The notes under the pieces are model-generated. The model had not been told where the DNA came from, made no database searches, and was given only the letters and a program-made list of their open reading frames with translations. From positions 1,922,001 through 1,986,000 of the forward strand of contig CP075494.1 in assembly GCA_021613535.1 (NCBI GenBank): a DNA stretch of 64,000 nucleotides, in the 5' to 3' direction. The DNA comes from Adineta vaga. Taxonomy: Eukaryota; Animalia; Rotifera. Positions 13,584-25,747 of the stretch are shown piece after piece (position 1 is the first letter of the stretch; the number at the start of each line of letters is the position of its first letter). The translations under genes were made by a program, and so were the position numbers.

Positions 13584-13713
13584 GACACCACCAACTATAC
13601 CATCTTATTTATTTCGTTAAAATTTTGCATTTATTAAAGTTTTTCTGTTTAAATTCTATTCATAGTAAAGTCAAAATGCTCTCAATAAATAAGATGGTAT
13701 AGTTGGTGGTGTC

Positions 13714-13744
13714 CTGAGGATGTCATCGTAGATGACGAAACGTC
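13714..13744 (+). ncRNA. Minimal hammerhead ribozyme motif
   Basis: CUGAGGA-U-GUCAUC-GUA-GAUGAC-GAAA-CGUC; perfect 6-bp stem II, palindromic ACGU stem III, GUC cleavage triplet. Confidence 0.7.
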
Positions 13745-13910
13745 GAAAATACATGAAAATCACAATTTCGTCTTTCTTCACTTAAAAATTCATTTATTTC
13801 GTTAAGGTTTTTATTGTTTGAGTTTAGTCTGGTTTTGTATTTTCCGATTGTTTGAAAAAAGACAAGCTATAAACATGAAGAAATATGTCAGGGATGATAT
13901 TCATTTCGAC

Positions 13911-13966
13911 GGGTGAAGGTGTGAGTGAGGATGAAGATTGGTAACACTGCCACAGTCACATCTACA
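13911..13966. repeat. Degenerate telomere-repeat-armed hairpin
   Basis: GGGTGAAGGTGTGAGTGAGG ... CCACAGTCACATCTACA. Confidence 0.45.
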
Positions 13967-14309
13967 GGATGTGAGCTTGCAATTAGTACAGCATTTATAT
14001 TCTGTTTCTTTCTCAATTTACTCTCATCTTTCAAGGTTGCCTTTTTTTATTGCTTTTAAATAATAAAATGAAAATAAAACTATGATCGAATATCAGAAGA
14101 GCACTAAAGCATCAAACAATTGCTTATAAAGAGAAATTTGATATCATTTTACATGGGTTACGAGAAAAAAATGCAGCTTGTGCATCAGTATCATAGTTAA
14201 ATATTTGACTTTGTGACAAGAACTAACACTGAAGTTTATCTATCAACAAGAGAATGAAAACGTTGGTTGCATACGTATATATATACCCTGATTTTTTAGT
14301 GAGTTTATC

Positions 14310-14399
14310 GTACAGCTTTGAGTATGGATTTATTCGTTTAGTGATCGTTAAGTTTTATAAATGATCATAAAATGACTAAATCCATAGTCGAAGCTATAC
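14310..14399. repeat. Imperfect ~40-bp-stem hairpin
   Basis: GTACAGCTTTGAGTATGGATTTATTCGTTTAGTGATCGTT pairs with AATGATCATAAAATGACTAAATCCATAGTCGAAGCTATAC. Confidence 0.6.
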
Positions 14400-14681
14400 C
14401 ACAAATCTTAAACTATACTAGATTCAGACAAACAGTGTGCGAATTTTGACTTCAACAAACTATCCTCTATATCCTGTACAATTGAGGAGGATACCGATAC
14501 TTGTGAATCTAAATTTGAGTAAATGTAAAGAATTACCAAGAAGCATAACAATTTTATTCGCTACTAATATCATTATTATTATAACGATGAATAATAAAAA
14601 ATGCTGATTGCATCGAAAGTCCTTTGATTTACGGGAAAAATTTAACAATGGAAAAAAATAACGAGTGATCATCATAAGAAA

Positions 14682-15482
14682 TTAACACAAGTCCTGCAAT
14701 TCTAGGTTTTTATCACTAATTGTTTTCCATTTAGCAGTTTCAATATCTAATCGATAATGTGAGCCATTTTTCGAAGAGATCTCGATCACTTTTCGACCTT
14801 CAACTGTTTCTAATGTTGCACGATGGCTTTGCATACATCTAACCGGTCCATTTCCTGTAGTTTTCACCTCCTCTATACTGAAATCTGACAAATGGAGACG
14901 ATAGACATGAGTCTGTCGACGACGAGAAGAATTCATATATCCTAAACCACCAATAATATAGATGAACTCATTTCCATTCTTATCATTTTTCACATAAGTA
15001 GCTGTATGAAAATCTACTGGAGGAAATACATCTTCAGGATATCCATAAATTGTCACATCATTTGGATTTGTTGTTCCTAATATTTCTGGATTTGATCGAA
15101 CATCATTCTGTTCTCTGCCCAATGGAAAATTATTTGGTACAGGCATTGAATACATATCATATGATGGTACCATACGAGGATTTTGTATAACAATAACATC
15201 ATTATAAATTTGAAAGTCTTCATCGTAACAATCTTCATGTTCACCTCCGATACGAATCAATCGTCCATCTGGTAAATAAGTTTGCGTAGCTCCAAATCGA
15301 GTAAAGCACCATACTGGATGATCATTAGCACCATTATGATGACGATAATATTTATTTTCTTTTCGAATATGATATCCAATTAAATGTGGATTACAACACA
15401 TATATTTCGAAAAAGGTTTTTGCATCAATGTAGGATTATTTGTACCAAATTCAAAATGTTTATTTTGTTTAAAATCATCCAT
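14682..15482 (-). CDS. Intronless protein with a microbial-type kelch-like domain (HGT candidate)
   Basis: PVWCFTRFG..T.LPDGR.I.IGGEHED.YD.DF.IYNDV and YGYPEDVFPPVDFHTAT..IYIIGGLGY motifs, which I recognise from bacterial/fungal proteins (often fused to ankyrin repeats); first ATG at 15482 (MDDFKQ). Confidence 0.7.
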   Translation of the reverse strand: MDDFKQNKHFEFGTNNPTLMQKPFSKYMCCNPHLIGYHIRKENKYYRHHNGANDHPVWCFTRFGATQTYLPDGRLIRIGGEHEDCYDEDFQIYNDVIVIQNPRMVPSYDMYSMPVPNNFPLGREQNDVRSNPEILGTTNPNDVTIYGYPEDVFPPVDFHTATYVKNDKNGNEFIYIIGGLGYMNSSRRRQTHVYRLHLSDFSIEEVKTTGNGPVRCMQSHRATLETVEGRKVIEISSKNGSHYRLDIETAKWKTISDKNLELQDLC

Positions 15483-15675
15483 AATTATTTTTGTCCTCAA
15501 GTTGTAAAATGACTTTAATAAATGCAATTTATTATGAATTTATAGTAAAAAAGAGTTATCTCCTTTCCCAGAATGTGATAAAAAATACCTTTTTTTCCGG
15601 TGTTGAAATTATACACATGACACCATATTTTATCGTATGAGATGTAAGTTAAAAGTTTTCGATTCTTTCTCGAGA

Positions 15676-15720
15676 ATCTTGAGGGTGTAGATGTGACTTC
15701 TTCACCTTACCCACACTTGA
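15676..15720. repeat. Telomere-repeat-armed hairpin element
   Basis: ATCTTGAGGGTGTAGATGTGA-CTTCT-TCACCTTACCCACACTTGA. Confidence 0.65.
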
Positions 15721-15808
15721 AATCTATTGGGTTTTTATTTTTTCATTCAAAAGAAACAAGCAAAAATATACACTGAAGCATTGTTTTTTCTGAAAATATC
15801 CAATGTAC

Positions 15809-17443
15809 TTAGCGACTACAACATCGTCGCAATAATCGATAGATCATTTCAATAAATTCCATTACTGAAAGAAAACTAATACCAATCCATAATCCTGTTT
15901 GACCACCGATATTTGATATAACATCAACAAAACTCATTGAAGCTGTTTGTGTATTTATTTCAACAACATTACTCTCAGTTATAATATTTATTGAAAGATA
16001 ATTCTGTTGAATATATTCATTCCATATTGTTGACCAATTCACTGGTAATGGTACTCCTGAATTTTCAACAAATGTCTTAATATCATATATTTGCCAATCA
16101 AAAAGTCCTTTAGAAGATGAAAATTGAGTAGGAAAATCTATCGATGAACAACCTTGTACACAATCGGAACAATATTGAGTTAATAATGATGAATTTTCTA
16201 TCAAAGAAAAGAGGCTTGTCAATGAACATTGGTCACTTATGTTACAAAGAGGTGCGACAATAGTTTTGTACGTTCCCGGTAAAACAATTGTACGAGCATT
16301 CCATAAAAATGGATTAATACAACCACATGTTTCATAACTAAAACAGAAGAAAAACTTTTTTTTCTTCTATCATTTCATTTATTGACTCACACATATGTTT
16401 GTTGACAAAGCGTCATACAAGTCTGTTGCGAATAGACATAATCAGCACCATCATAATTTGCTAACATTGCTTTCAAGGCGAGTGTAAGTTCTTTTGTACA
16501 ATTTGTATAAGGCAAAGATAAAAGATCTGTTCTCTTCTTTTTATAACTTAATTTATATCTTTTTCCTGGAGATAGTTCAATTCCAGAAGTTTCAATCAAT
16601 GGTATTTGTGTATTATCATGTATAAGAATTACTGCACCAACGACTAGGAATAAATATATTGTATAGATAATCAAGTGTTTGTTTAAAAAGTATTATTTTC
16701 TATTATTACTCACCATCCATTGTGTAAGGTACGTATTGATGACTATGAACATAGAGACCCAAACTCAATATACCAGGACCACCATATTGATTACTATGAC
16801 GTACACTACTATCACTAGTAGTATTTTTCATTTTAGCATTAAATGTATGGCATATACCATGGATTGATGATTTAAATGAAATAAAATCAGCTACTGAACA
16901 TGGTCGATAATTGAAATAACATACACGTAGCATTGAAGCCAATGAGAAAGACAATATTTCAACTGATTCATTATTATTGATTCTATCAATTAAGAAATTC
17001 CAAAGAAATCCAGATTGATTTGGTGAAAATGTTGTCGTATCAGTTATATTACTCAAATTATGAGCAACAGTAAAATTTATAAAAAATTCAATAAATTTAT
17101 CGAAACGTAATGGAGCAAGATTGCAAAGACTTATGGCTGGAAAATATTGTGGCCATTCACTTTCAAATCTTAAATCGATATTCGTTGGATAATGAAAATA
17201 GTCTCGAATTGCATTTACAATGAAAAACGTCATAATCCCAAGGAAACAAATGAATGAAATTGTCCAAAAGATTCGATTATGAATGTTTTGAGCACGAACA
17301 ATACCTGGTAAACCATGCATTGATGTATTTAAAGAAAACTCACGAATAACGGATCGACGACGTGGTAAACGTTTTCGAATACTGATCATTGATTTTGAAT
17401 TCACATATAATTCTCTTGTCACAACTTTAGTGTTGTTTGCCAT
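15809..17443 (-). CDS. DEG/ENaC (ASIC-like) sodium channel subunit
   Basis: EFSLNTSMHG (HG gating motif), FPAISLCN, Cys-rich ectodomain, IGGQTGLWIGIS (GxS filter); exons 17443-16714, 16643-16391, 16337-15809. Confidence 0.92.
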
Positions 17444-19494
17444 CAAAATTTGAATTTCTATACTAAAAAGTGTATTTATCTATCAACAGTTTTCTTTTTC
17501 AATTCACTATTAGATATAGAACCACGTAGGAATGAAAAAATGTGAGTTATAAGTAGAACGATATTTATTTTCAAGCAGTATCTTTATGTTCTGTTTGATA
17601 TAGATTTTTAAATATGTAATTAAATACACTTCGAAAATCATCTTCTTTTGTTACATTTAAACGACAATAATATTTATTCAATTTGACCCATATATTTGTC
17701 AAATATTTACATAGATGTATGTATACTGTTTGACAGATTCAAAATCAATGCACATACTTCACATTAATTATTTCAATTGAATTCAAGTCACAAATTTCAT
17801 ACTAATGTTGAAACTTTGGTTTCAGGAAAGTGTTAGCATAAATTTCACAGAAAGTACTTTTGTGTGTTAAACTCTTGTGGGATATGGTCTTTCAGCTCTT
17901 TCCCCAGATCGAATTATGTCAAAGAAATTGTATAATACATATTATATTGTAAATGTCACACCTTTGAGAAAAGTAATACAAATCAAATATTAATAACATT
18001 AGTTTTTGTATCAATAATACATCTATGTCTTTACGGATTTTTTCCAACATATTACATTATATAAAATGGGGGTCATTTATTCATTACAGAATTATTCGGA
18101 AATCGTATTATTGGATCAAATGATAATAATTTTTATTGTTTAGTTGGATGTTCAAGTATTAGTGATACAACATAGAATCAACCTGTTTATCCAGGTGCCG
18201 CTACTTTCGACAGTTATGGAAATATCTTTGCCACTGATAGAATGAAAAATCAAATTGGAAAATTTGTTTTAATGAAAAATCCTACTGGTAAGTGATCAAT
18301 ATCTTAAAAATTCATTTAAAGGAAGAAGAAGAATATTATTATTTTTATTAAATAGACAACTGTTCAGTTATTCAATCAATATATTCACCAGTATTAACTA
18401 CAAATAATTCAAGATTTATAAGTGATATTTGTGCTGATTCAACATATTATTATGAAGCTATACAAATCAATTTAATTAAAACTGGTCGTTATACTATCAG
18501 TAGTAATAGTATATTTCCTATATATAGTCATATCTATAAGAATAATTTTGATATTCTTAATTTAAAAAATAATTTACATTTACAAAAAAATGATTATTTG
18601 AATAAAACATATTTTCAATTCCTTGTTCATCTTCAGACTAATTTTACATATATATTAGTTGTATCAATGAATAGGTCAAATCTAAATGTAAATTTCTCGA
18701 TTATTATATCTGGTCCTGATAATATCAATTTTACTCGTATGAGTGAGTAGTTTTGATAATATTCATTAATTTCAAAAGATAAATATTTCAATATAAAATT
18801 TCAAATATAGATAGTTCATCAATGATTCAGTCAATCTATTTATCATCATTAACTTCAAAGAATCCAGTATATTCACGCACTGGATGTGATGGATTACTCT
18901 ATTATCAAGCAATAAAAATCACACTAATTGAAAGTGGCAATTATATTTTCATCGGCAAAGGTAATCTTAATTTCGATGGTTACATATACAATGATACTTT
19001 TGTTCCATCTGATCCTGAAGTAAATCTTCTCACTAAATATCGTTACAGATATGATCCTTATCAATTCAAATTAGTTATAAATCTTCATATCAATACTAAT
19101 TATATATTAGTTGTCTCTTCAACATATGAAAATGATACAGGAAATATCACAATTATTGTCTCTGGTTCAAATAATGTCACATTCACTCATATTAGTAAGT
19201 AGATAGATTAATTTATTAATATTTATCATAATTTACCATTTATTTCCTTATATAAAATAGATTTTCCATCAATCGTTTCATCATACTATTCATCAGTGTT
19301 AACTTCAGATAGTCAATTATATTCACGTTCGGGATGTTATGGATTTAATTATTATGAAGCATTACAAATCAAAATAATTGAAACAGGTAAATATATTTTC
19401 AGTGGTAGAAATCTTAACAATGCCTATGTTTACACCAATTTATATGGTTATATCTAACTTATAATGAAACATTTATTTCATCTTCATCCAAAGA

Positions 19495-20180
19495 TTAGCG
19501 GAGATACCCACTGCAAACACGACACAATTTACGTTTTTTATATACAGCAGTGCTTTTCTTATCACCCACAGGACCTCTCCGTTCGTATTTATCCGTCGTG
19601 TATCAAAAAATCCTCACACCCTCCTTTTCCGCCCTGACTTAGTTAGTGTAATCTTTCAGCTCGTCACTCAGCGTACGTTACCTGTCTTCCACACGTCTTT
19701 CTCCTCCGTACTGAGATCCTTCCCATATCCCTTTTCGCGTCATGCACCAGGTCTTTTTTTCAGAACTTCGCATCTCTTCATTCGTTCTTTCCTACTGATT
19801 TTGTCTCGCTATGCATAAGATATACAACTCTGTTCCTTTTAAATCCACACCCACTGTCCCGCTGCAAGTCATTCTCTACTTTATACAGATAGAGTAGTCA
19901 TTTCACTCCAGATTCAGTTTTTTTGAGAACCCAACCCACGCTTTGTACTTGTCTATCCCGGATGCAGACACTCACACCCCACCCTCATTCCTATATGCCA
20001 TCTTGAGAGCGAAATTTCACACACGCCGCCTCCCCATCCCTTGATGGCCATTCTAACCCCATGTCGACCTTCCTCTGGATCGAGGGAAGCATTGTGGAAA
20101 GTTTGGTGACGTTAGCTGTTACAGAGAACGTACGCATAACGAACAAACAGACAAACTTTCTTCTTTATATATATAGAAGA
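19495..20180 (-). mobile_element. Non-autonomous Helitron-like element
   Basis: 5' A|TC TTCTATATATATAAAGAAGAAAGTTTGTC; 3' ...GGGTATCTCCGCTAA|T (degenerate CTAG); no TSD. Confidence 0.7.
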
Positions 20181-20209
20181 TTATATAGATAGATAGATAG
20201 ATATAGATT

Positions 20210-20793
20210 AAAGAACCTTTAATTGTCACATTTATTGCAAGAAATAAATAGTATCAAATAAAAAAAACCTCAAAACTGGAGCACATTCTGTAAGTTTCTA
20301 CCAAAATAACGACAACTGAAATTCAATACGACTTGGGTGAAATTTCACCCAGACACCGATTCCCACCCTCAAATCAATATATTTTGATACGGAACGTGTA
20401 AATTATCGTAGATGTGCGCTCAGACGGCCTTCGGCCGCCTTCGCTATCAATTATTTAAAGTTTTTGAAATGCTGCAATCCTATTGGTCAGTTTCATAGAT
20501 TGCCCGTAGGAAGCGTAGAATTCATTTTTTTCGGAACAAAGTAAATGTCGACCTTCCCGTGGACCTAGAGAAGCATTGTGGAAAGTTTGGGAATGTTAGC
20601 TATCATTGAACTGCCTGGGTGAAATTTCACCCACGCTCCCCACCCTCACCCCCTGATGACCATTCTAACCCCATGTCGACCTTTCCTGGGACCTAAGGAA
20701 GCATCGTAGAAAGTTTGGTGATCGTGGCTATTACAGCGACTGAATGCATAGCGAACAGACAGACAGACAAACTTTCTTCTTTATATATATAGA
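20210..20793 (-). mobile_element. Second Helitron-like copy (3' boundary uncertain)
   Basis: 5' A|TCTATATATATAAAGAAGAAAGTTTGTCTGTCTGTCTG; internal repeated CAAACTTT..ATGCTT..GGTCGACAT blocks and palindromes TGGGTGAAATTTCACCCA. Confidence 0.7.
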
Positions 20794-21033
20794 TGACAGG
20801 TTCTTTCTTAATTTCTACATCTGGTGCAAATAATGTGACATTCAAACGTATTAGTAAGTTATCTATAACAAAATAAATCGAGTAATTTAATAAAAGAAAC
20901 ATTTCATATAGATAATTTAACAGTGATTGAATCAATATATTCATCAATATTGAATGAAAATAGTCGAACATATTCTCGAGAATGTGGAAAATCGAATTAT
21001 TATTATGAAACAATTGAAATTTCCGTATCAAAA

Positions 21034-21101
21034 TTGAGGGTATGGGTGGGTGGGTGGGTGTGAGTGGGTATCTCCTCTTTTTTCATACCTACACCCTCAA
21101 G
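21034..21101. repeat. Telomere-repeat-armed hairpin element
   Basis: TTGAGGGTATGGGTGGGTGGGTGGGTGTGAGTGGG ... CATACCTACACCCTCAAG. Confidence 0.8.
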
Positions 21102-21552
21102 TACGACAAAAATCCCTGAAATACTGGAAATACACAATCCGCCGTTTTGTCCTTGTGTATTCTGCTTATTACTCTTCCATCATGTCTACATAGAAGATCT
21201 CCCAGAATGATCACATAATATTTCTTCTCCTAGAAAGCATTTACGTATATAATTTCGATAGGATTTTTCGTATATCATATTTATTATGGTGCATGGCAGA
21301 AAAATAAGAAAAGAATCGCTATCGAACTCAATCCTCTAGTCGAAAGAGAAGAACAGAAAAAAAATCGATGTCGATGTTTTATTTTGACGTAGTTCCATGG
21401 TAAAAAACAAGCGTGTGCGTGTCGAAAAACAAAAAGAACGTCGAGTGCGTAAGCAAAATCCCTCGCATATAACTTTATCAAATCTAACGTGTGAGTATTG
21501 ATAATAGTGTGTGAAATAAATCAATTTCATCCGAAAATATATTGTTGAAACA

Positions 21553-22221
21553 ATGTCGTTAGAAGAATCCGTTTCAAATACAAAAACAAACATTGTTGAT
21601 TCACAGACATATTCAGGAATTATGTTGAAGAAAGTACATGTGGCCGATCTGAGTAAAACGTACGGGCCTAGGCAACGTGGCATCGTCGCAGATGAAAAGA
21701 TCAAGAAGGGTGAACTTATCTTACAAAATGATCCAGTAACTTCTATGTTTTATCCATTCGATGACAAACGTTGTAGTTACACTTTTGAAGAATACTATCA
21801 ACTGCTTAATGAACAGCAAGATCCCGATATTAAAAAATATCTTTCAATGTATTCATTACCGTGCGATGACAAAAATGTCTTCGTACCCCGAAACTATCTG
21901 ACACGTGATACCATGGATCTTACTGCACTTTTAAACCATTCTTGTGAAGCAAATGTTACTTCCAGATTTACCGATCAAGTCATCGCTCTGCAAGATATTG
22001 AGCCAGGAACTGTTCTGACCGTTGACTATGGTATTGGTCTTACAGCAGATATGAAGCTGTTACCATTCGATACATGTCGCTGTGGAACACCATCATGCGC
22101 GGGTGCTAATGTATTTCAACGTTATAAACAACCGGACTGGCAAACAAAGTTTTACGACTATTGTTCCCCATATGTTAAAGAGAAAATTGACGAAATTCGC
22201 AAGCAGCAAGTTAAATCATAA
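21553..22221 (+). CDS. Stand-alone SET + post-SET lysine methyltransferase, intronless
   Basis: RGIVA..I.KGE, NHSCEAN, LTVDYG, post-SET CRCGTPSC. Confidence 0.9.
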   Translation: MSLEESVSNTKTNIVDSQTYSGIMLKKVHVADLSKTYGPRQRGIVADEKIKKGELILQNDPVTSMFYPFDDKRCSYTFEEYYQLLNEQQDPDIKKYLSMYSLPCDDKNVFVPRNYLTRDTMDLTALLNHSCEANVTSRFTDQVIALQDIEPGTVLTVDYGIGLTADMKLLPFDTCRCGTPSCAGANVFQRYKQPDWQTKFYDYCSPYVKEKIDEIRKQQVKS

Positions 22222-22656
22222 AATTATTTGACAACAAAATATTTAACAAGACAGAAAGACTGTTAACTCATGTTCTCTTTTTTCCAATTGAAATAGTGGG
22301 AAAATTACGTTTCGTCCCACCTTTTCATTCCGAACTCTAGTTGCAGAAGTGTGTTACGATATTCCAGCTAAATAAAAAATAAAATATTCGCAATAAAGTT
22401 CGGAATGACAGAATCCAATTAAAAAAGGTAGGATGTTCCTGATGAGTAAGTAATACAGGAAGGTTGTAGCGAAATTAGAGGCAGATTGGAATGAAAACAA
22501 CAGGATGTTGGTGAATAAGTTTAAGTTTACTCATGTCGAGGGAATGGTAAGTGATATGCTAGTCTTCAAGTCATTCTTTCGCATACAATAATCGATAAAA
22601 TAATCATTTTGATCGTAACGGTCTTCAGACACATTCTTTCCGACAACATCCAATGC

Positions 22657-22722
22657 TGTGGGTTTGGGTGTGTCTACTCGCCCCATCTACACCCTCACAC
22701 CCACCCACGCACACCCTAAAAT
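22657..22722. repeat. Telomere-repeat-armed hairpin element
   Basis: TGTGGGTTTGGGTGTG ... CACCCTCACACCCACCCACGCACACCCT. Confidence 0.7.
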
Positions 22723-22947
22723 CTTGCAATTACATAGACTTTATCATATTATGTATTTATTTTTAAATAGCTCATCCGATCTTTCTCCATTGCCATTGCT
22801 GAACTATGACTTTACTATCAGTAGTGCACATTAAAAGACTGATTTGAAGCATATTCCGTAGACATTTTGAATGTTTGCAACATAACTAAAATGGAATCTT
22901 TGTAAGCAATAATTCAGTATTGACGATTTTATACGAAACCTTCTCAC

Positions 22948-23080
22948 TAGGGATGGCACATTTACTTTACTCTGGAGTTACATAACTACAAAAAAGTAAC
23001 TACTTCAGTTACTAGTAATTGGTAACTAATTTAGTTACTCAGTTACTACTGATTAGTAAATAACTGATAGTAACTCCATG
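22948..23080 (+). mobile_element. hAT-like MITE terminus fragment
   Basis: TAGGGATGGCA start followed by a dense cluster of GTAAC/GTTAC subterminal motifs; partner end not seen. Confidence 0.5.
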
Positions 23081-24356
23081 ATTAATGCAATTATATATAA
23101 TGATTTTAATCTCTGAAAAAAGTATAAATAATAATGCATAAAATGTGTACCAGTTAGCATTTAACAAATCCATTGTTACCCAGATTTCACAAACTTATTA
23201 ACGTTGTATTTGTAAGACGTTGTAACCATAAAACTACAATCTTCTAAGAATATTTTAGGAAAGCTTGTGTGATTACTCAAATGGCAACCACTATTGAGAA
23301 CTAAATTAGGCAATTTATCGATGTAATTTATTTAAACTAGCAACATTTGATTACTGTTTCTGATAGAAAATATCGCACTTATATCACAACGAATTCATTA
23401 ACGTGTTCATTGAAATGAAATATATGTAGAACGTGGAGAAGGAACTTTTCATCGCTATATAACAAAGACTTGTTAATATACAAGATAATGTTCAATCTTC
23501 TTTTTTTGAATAATATGATGCTCTACCAGAAATCATAGAAATCTAGCGAAAGAAGAAGAATAAATTACTAACAAACGATGAGCAGTATGACGAAGAAAAA
23601 AGAAGGACAGTACATTGTTGTATTTATATATATTCAACGAACGGATGACATTCGTTTGCGTACAATCCTTTCTTAAACCAGGTCAGTCCTTTCTCGAAAA
23701 ATATTGCATATAATCTTTGAATGAATCGTTATCTGATGAAGAAATCTGATTATATCATCTATGAGTGTTTCCCATAGTGCTTCCAGAAAGAAAAACTCGT
23801 TCGTGATAAGAAAAACAATAAAAGACAAAATGTACACTCAAATTTGTTGTTCTTAACATTTATTATCTTTAATTATGTTCTCTCCATAATCTCTCCTATT
23901 CCTCATTGCATTACTTTTCAATGAGATGTGTGAGCTTCAACATACAAAGTTACAAAGGATAATCTTCTAGTTGATTCCTCCGTAGAACAGTAAAGTCGAA
24001 TTTAAATTATTTTGCTTTATTTGTCACGGATAAGAGTAAATTATTTAAAAGATTATTCATAATATATGATATAACTGTCGAAAAATCTCTGAAGGTACGT
24101 GTGATCATTTAGCTTCTATTTGCTAATTTCTTGACTTGAAGTCAACTATTGCATACTATCAGAACGAATGATCATTCTATCTTGAGATATATTGGATTTC
24201 TACTTGAATAAGTTTAACCTGTCCAAGTGATTCCCAGAAATATGCTGATAGAAAGATAAACTTTGATTTTATAGCAATCTGGTTAATTGAATTAAATAAG
24301 GACAAACAGTTGTGTGAATAATGATATTTCGTTAAAAGTTTATAGTATTTGAACTA

Positions 24357-25033
24357 CCCACGAGAAAAAAAAGGCAAAAAACCGCCGCTATTCGGCGGTT
24401 ATCGACGGTTTTTCCTCACCGCGGAAGTCAAACCGTTAATGAAGGTACTGAAAACCGCCTCAAACCGCAGTTCACGACAACCGCGGTTTGAGGCGGTATT
24501 TGACATCTTCATTAACGGTCTGACTACCGCTGCTCAAGAAAACCGCCAAAAACCGCATTTTTAGATACCGCATAAAAACACCACTTTTCATAAACAACCG
24601 AATCCACATAAAATCCGGCTGTGGCGACCTAGTCACCCTCCACCAAGAGGAGTTGCCCTTCGAGGGGCGATGTGAGAACTTTACAAGTCCCATTAGACTC
24701 CTTTCATTTCTCAATGATAGAGCCACGCAAAAAAATTTGTGCAAAAAGTTCCAAAAAAGCAAGGCACTACATCCTCTAAGTCACTACTACACATTGAGTT
24801 TTTGATCGATATACCGCGTTCGTTAATTAGTAAATCGCATTCTAATCAAAACGCGGTTATAGACATCCACACCGCGATTTTTAAAAACCGCTAAAATCCG
24901 TAGTACGATGAAATCGCGGTTTAAAAAAAGCAATAATAACCGCAGTACAAGAAAACCGCGGTTATTAACTTCTACACTGCGGTATCTAAAACCGCTGATA
25001 TCAGCGGTTTTACTAAAAAAATTTTCTCGTGGG
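24357..25033. mobile_element. MITE flanked by TA, with many ACCGC/GCGGT subterminal repeats
   Basis: TA|CCCACGAGAAAA ... TTTTCTCGTGGG|TA; GC-richer than flanks. Confidence 0.85.
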
Positions 25034-25747
25034 TACTCTATACAATAATACAGTAACACCTACCAGGTCTTTATTTAATATGTTTTCAAGATTGAGGAAG
25101 TTCAAAAAATCATAAATATTCACTAATAAAACAAAAAAATCTATCCGATTATAATGTCAATATTTAGTTTTTGTCGTTATAATATAAATTATGTGTTTGT
25201 TTAGTTTTGACGATGCTATTATTTACCTTTTATGATTTTAACAAAATCATTGAATATTATTCAAATATATGATTTTATCAACTTCAAATAAATTAAATTA
25301 TTTTTCGTCTTGTAAATAATAGTGTAAAATAATTAATGAACTTTTGTAAGAAACTTTCTTATTATAGAACAAACAAAGAACTCATTATCCTATATTGTGA
25401 TGTTGAATACTGTAGAATCGATTTCACACCACAATATTGAAGATTCTTCATGGAAACATCTCGTTACCCATATTTTCAAGATGTGAACAAGCTTTTCCAG
25501 ACATTGATCTGTGTTCCTGGAAAACATCGCGACTATTATGATTTTGTTAAAAATGGACAAGTAATCAAACGATCAAATATGTAAAGAGACGAGAAGAGGG
25601 AAGAAGAAGAAATATAAAGGGGAAACAATTATGACTTTCATTGCAGTGGATTTTCTTGTTTTTAGAAAACAAATAAATTATTTTCTTATTATTCGAAGTT
25701 ATTACTGAACAAAGCAGATATAACAAAATATCTTCATTGTATTCACA

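Larger units (their letters stand above)
13469..13805. mobile_element. Penelope-like element remnant: two inverted pLTR-like 3' ends
   Basis: Interleaved inverted repeats A(13469-13505) B(13506-13613) A'(13611-13647) B'(13684-13795); each B carries a hammerhead motif. Confidence 0.65.
18063..21033 (+). pseudogene. NHL cassette plus tandem ~125-aa extracellular repeat exons; pseudogene
   Basis: Degenerate NHL end (NRIIGSN..FYCLVGC..FDSYGNIFATD..GKF) with in-frame TAG at 18173; repeated exons SIYS..LT...Y......YYEAIQI at ~18356, 18811, 19261, 20920; third repeat broken by a stop and Helitrons. Confidence 0.7.

Noticed and set aside
23100-24340. Possible decayed coding or transposase sequence
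   Set aside because: No reading frame or motif I could identify with confidence
24349-25059. Short ORFs in the GC-rich block
   Set aside because: Lie within a MITE made of ACCGC repeats; no transposase motifs
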